Source of the DNA: an uncultured Eubacteriales bacterium
Lineage (GTDB): Bacteria > Bacillota > Clostridia > Oscillospirales > Acutalibacteraceae
Assembly: GCA_934436505.1 (NCBI GenBank)
Contig: CAKSAP010000001.1
Span: forward strand, 147,347 to 211,346
Direction: 5' to 3'
Length of the DNA stretch: 64,000 bases
A model generated the notes under the pieces. The model saw nothing but the letters and a program-made list of their open reading frames with translations, had not been told where the DNA came from and ran no database searches. The position numbers and the translations under genes were made by a program. This document shows, one piece after another, positions 61,065-64,000 of the stretch. Every line of letters starts with the position of its first letter. Positions within the stretch are counted from its first letter, which is position 1.

Positions 61065-63367
61065 TGAGATTTAATCATATTTTTAAGCTTACAAACGAAA
61101 ACGAAACGCACCGTGAATACAAGTGCGATAACGTTAATATCAACATTGATTTCATAAGCGGCAGTGCTTTGCGTGTGGCGGTTTTTAACGATAACGCCGA
61201 AATGCTGCCGACCTTTACCGTAAATCCAAACAATAACCTGTCCTCTCTCGGCAGAAGCAGATTATCCGTGGACGGGTTTGACTGTGTTGCGCCTGTTGTA
61301 GAGAAATTTGAAAATAAAGAGAAATTTGTCCTTGATTGCGGCGTTACCGTTGACCTTGATTTGAATAATTTTATTTTGACTTACAGTAAAGAATCAAAGC
61401 TTTTGTTCGGGGACAGGGCACCGCTTGCCTATAATTTTGAAGGCGAATTCGGAAACGGGTCTTACCATTATATTACAAGGGAAGATGACGAGCACATTTT
61501 CGGACTTGGCGACAAAAGCGGTCTGATAAATAAAGCAGGTCAGGTTTACCGCATTGAAACGGCGGACAGTATGGGCTTTGACGCAGAAAAAACAGATCCC
61601 CTGTACAAACACGTTCCGTTTTACATTTGCGAAAATTCTGTTGGTGCTTACGGCATTTATTACGATACAGCAGACACCTCTTTTGTTGATTTAGGCAGAG
61701 AAATCAATAATTATTACTGCCATTTCAAGTATTTTAAGACGGATGACGATTGCTTGGTTTATTATGTCTTTTTCGGAAGCAAGCTTTCTGTTTTACAGCA
61801 ATATGCTCGCTTGTGCGGTAAGCAGGCTTTTCCGCCTAAGTGGAGCTTCGATTATTGCGGCAGCACAATGGCATATACCGATGCGCCCGACGCACAAAAT
61901 CAGATGCAGGGCTTTTTGGATAAAATTAAAGACCTTGATTTGAGTTGCGGCGGATTTTATCTTTCATCGGGATATACTTCAATAGGCAATTTGCGCTGCG
62001 TTTTTAATTGGAATTATGATAAGTTTCCCGATCCTCAAAAATTCGTTGCCGATTACAATAATGCAGGAATACATTTAATTCCGAATATCAAGCCTGCTTT
62101 TTTGACCTCGCATCCAATGTATAATGAGCTGGCGGAAAAAGGATTTTTCGTTAAAAATGCAGACGGAACGCCCTATGTAACGCAGTTTTGGGACGGTGTG
62201 GGCAGTTATTTGGACTTTACAAATTCCGACGCCTTCGATTTTTGGGGCAGTCAGGTAACCGAAAAGCTGCTTGATTTCGGAATTGACGCTACATGGAATG
62301 ATAATAACGAGTTTGATATTAAGGCAACCGACGCTGTTGCCGCAGGCTTTGGCAAAAAAGTGTCTGCGTGCAGAATTCGTCCGATTTTAACTTATTTAAT
62401 GGTGTTATCTTCATACAAGGCGCAAATGAAAAAATACCCCGAGAAGCGTCCGTTTTTATCTACGAGAAGCGGAAACAGCGGTGTCAGACGCTTGGCGCAA
62501 ACCTGGTCCGGCGATAATTTCACTTCGTTTCACGATTTGCGTTTTTGTCATTATGTAGGAATGACAATGTCACTTTCAGGCTTTTATTTTTACGGTCACG
62601 ATTTAGGAGGCTTTTCAGGCAAAATGCCTTCCGAAGAATTGCTTTTAAGATGGATGCAGCACGGCGTATTTGAGCCACGCTTTACAATTCATTCTTGGAA
62701 CGGCGACGGCTCTGCCACTATGCCGTGGAGCTATGAAAGCGGCTTGTGCGGCGCAAAGGCGATTTTAAGACAACGCAAAAGCCTGATACCTTATTTATAT
62801 AATTGCGCTTATAACAGCGTGGAAAATGATGTTCCCGTGCAAGCTCCGCCTTATATTTATTACGATGATGAAAATATTGACGTAAATACCGATGCGTTTA
62901 TGCTTGGCAGAGATGTTTTGACAGCCTGCGTGCTTGATGAGGGTGTAGCTCATGTGTCTGTTTACCTACCAAAGGGCGACGGTTGGTATCTGAATGAAAC
63001 CGGAAAGCTCTATTGTGGCGGAAGCACGGTAAAGGTCGATTTGCCGCCGGATAAGCCTGTGCCTTATTTTATTCGTTCCGGCTCTGTTTTTCCCGTCGAT
63101 GAGGGCGAGTGCTCATACAAATCCGCAGAAAAAGTCGTTTTTACCGTTTATCCTGTTAAAAACGGCAAATTTACAGCCCGTTATTTTAATGATGACGGCG
63201 AGTCCTTTGAATACTTAAAAAACAACTGCGTAAAATTAGAGTTTGATGTAAATTGCGATAACGGAAATGTGAATGTTGTTGTAAATAATAAGGGTAATGT
63301 AAAATTAACACCTGAAATCAAGCTTGTTTCTACGGATGTGCGTAAGTTGAATGTTACGGTAAAATAA
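61064..63367 (+). CDS. GH31 alpha-glucosidase/alpha-xylosidase family enzyme
   Basis: About 767 aa with GH31 regions (ATWNDNNEF nucleophile region, YGHDLGGF acid/base region). The ATG overlaps the esterase stop (TAATG). The ORF-track start lies upstream inside the esterase gene. Confidence 0.85.
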   Translation: MRFNHIFKLTNENETHREYKCDNVNINIDFISGSALRVAVFNDNAEMLPTFTVNPNNNLSSLGRSRLSVDGFDCVAPVVEKFENKEKFVLDCGVTVDLDLNNFILTYSKESKLLFGDRAPLAYNFEGEFGNGSYHYITREDDEHIFGLGDKSGLINKAGQVYRIETADSMGFDAEKTDPLYKHVPFYICENSVGAYGIYYDTADTSFVDLGREINNYYCHFKYFKTDDDCLVYYVFFGSKLSVLQQYARLCGKQAFPPKWSFDYCGSTMAYTDAPDAQNQMQGFLDKIKDLDLSCGGFYLSSGYTSIGNLRCVFNWNYDKFPDPQKFVADYNNAGIHLIPNIKPAFLTSHPMYNELAEKGFFVKNADGTPYVTQFWDGVGSYLDFTNSDAFDFWGSQVTEKLLDFGIDATWNDNNEFDIKATDAVAAGFGKKVSACRIRPILTYLMVLSSYKAQMKKYPEKRPFLSTRSGNSGVRRLAQTWSGDNFTSFHDLRFCHYVGMTMSLSGFYFYGHDLGGFSGKMPSEELLLRWMQHGVFEPRFTIHSWNGDGSATMPWSYESGLCGAKAILRQRKSLIPYLYNCAYNSVENDVPVQAPPYIYYDDENIDVNTDAFMLGRDVLTACVLDEGVAHVSVYLPKGDGWYLNETGKLYCGGSTVKVDLPPDKPVPYFIRSGSVFPVDEGECSYKSAEKVVFTVYPVKNGKFTARYFNDDGESFEYLKNNCVKLEFDVNCDNGNVNVVVNNKGNVKLTPEIKLVSTDVRKLNVTVK

Positions 63368-63588
63368 AAATTTTATCTTTTGAGCTGTTACGGATAGTGC
63401 AGACGGAACAAAAAGCTTGCTTGATACAGTGAATTTAATTCAAAACAACAAACCGATTTCGTTTTTAGCGGAGTCGGTTCGTTTTTTGATTTGAAATATA
63501 GCTTTAACTGTTGACAATAAAAGTGGGGCTGTGCTAACATTATACAATAATAAGAAAGCAAAATTTATAAGGTTTCGGGGGAATGAAA

Positions 63589-63813
63589 ATGACTCTTGAT
63601 ATGCTTAAAAACGGAGAAACGGCGGTTATAAAAACCGTGGGCGGAGAGGGTGCGCTCAGACTGCGCTTTCTTGATATGGGACTTATTCCGCACACAGCCG
63701 TAACTCTTCAAAAAACCGCACCTATGGGCGACCCGATAGAAATAAGGGTGCGGGGCTATGAGCTGACGCTTCGAAAAGCGGACGCAAGACTTATAGAAGT
63801 TGAAAAGATATAA
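63589..63813 (+). CDS. feoA: ferrous iron transport protein A
   Basis: About 74 aa SH3-like FeoA. GGGGG RBS. Confidence 0.8.
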   Translation: MTLDMLKNGETAVIKTVGGEGALRLRFLDMGLIPHTAVTLQKTAPMGDPIEIRVRGYELTLRKADARLIEVEKI

Positions 63814-63841
63814 TATTTTATATGAAAGGTACAGACTATAA

Positions 63842-64000
63842 ATGATATTTGCACTTGCAGGTAACCAAAACTGTGGCAAAACGACACTTTTTAATGCGCT
63901 GACAGGCTCAAACCAGCATGTCGGCAATTTCCCGGGTGTTACGGTTGATCAGAAAATGGGCGACATTAAGGGCACGAAAAATTGCTCTGTTGTCGATCTT
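63842..64000 (+). CDS. feoB: ferrous iron transporter FeoB, N-terminal G-domain fragment; continues past the window end
   Basis: MIFALAGNQNCGKTTLFNALTG G1 motif, truncated by the window end. Confidence 0.8.
   Translation, partial: MIFALAGNQNCGKTTLFNALTGSNQHVGNFPGVTVDQKMGDIKGTKNCSVVDL

Overview
This 64-kb window is the chromosomal replication-origin region of a low-GC Firmicute, probably a Clostridia/Ruminococcaceae-like organism. Overall GC is about 45-48%, and one secreted protein carries a cellulosome-type dockerin. On the minus strand the core genes run dapL(partial)-dapF-ANTAR-glyA-guaB, apbC, tadA, a CPBP protease, then gyrA-gyrB-remB-recF-yaaA-dnaN-dnaA. On the plus strand they run rpmH-rnpA-yidD-yidC-jag-mnmE-mnmG-rsmG-noc-soj-(lipoprotein)-spo0J-serS. 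The dnaA flanks are AT-rich oriC-like regions with degenerate DnaA-box repeats and two TGTCGAA (Spo0A-box) motifs. A perfect TTGACT-17-TATAAT promoter drives rpmH. Three perfect 16-bp parS sites (TGTTTCACGTGAAACA) lie within about 4 kb. Downstream come an LMW-PTP, a Zn-ADH, ybjQ, a GH13 amylase, an Ogg-like glycosylase, mreBCD-mrdA, an orphan minD, mgsA, hisS-aspS, an HD hydrolase, ahcY, hpf, a dockerin-bearing LRR protein, pnp-rpsO, glgP and a PAP2 phosphatase. The 3' end is a carbohydrate locus (GPH symporter, carboxylesterase, GH31) followed by feoAB. The one clearly accessory stretch is at about 56.1-58.3 kb, directly downstream of a tRNA-Arg(CCU) gene. It holds a tandem duplicate of that tRNA disrupted by a 106-bp insert of two 53-nt hairpin units, and an approximately 1.5-kb AT-richer (by eye) islet between two approximately 90-bp direct repeats with a GCTAATG/CATTAGC palindrome array and three small ORFs. 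No CRISPR array, rRNA or recognisable defence system was seen.
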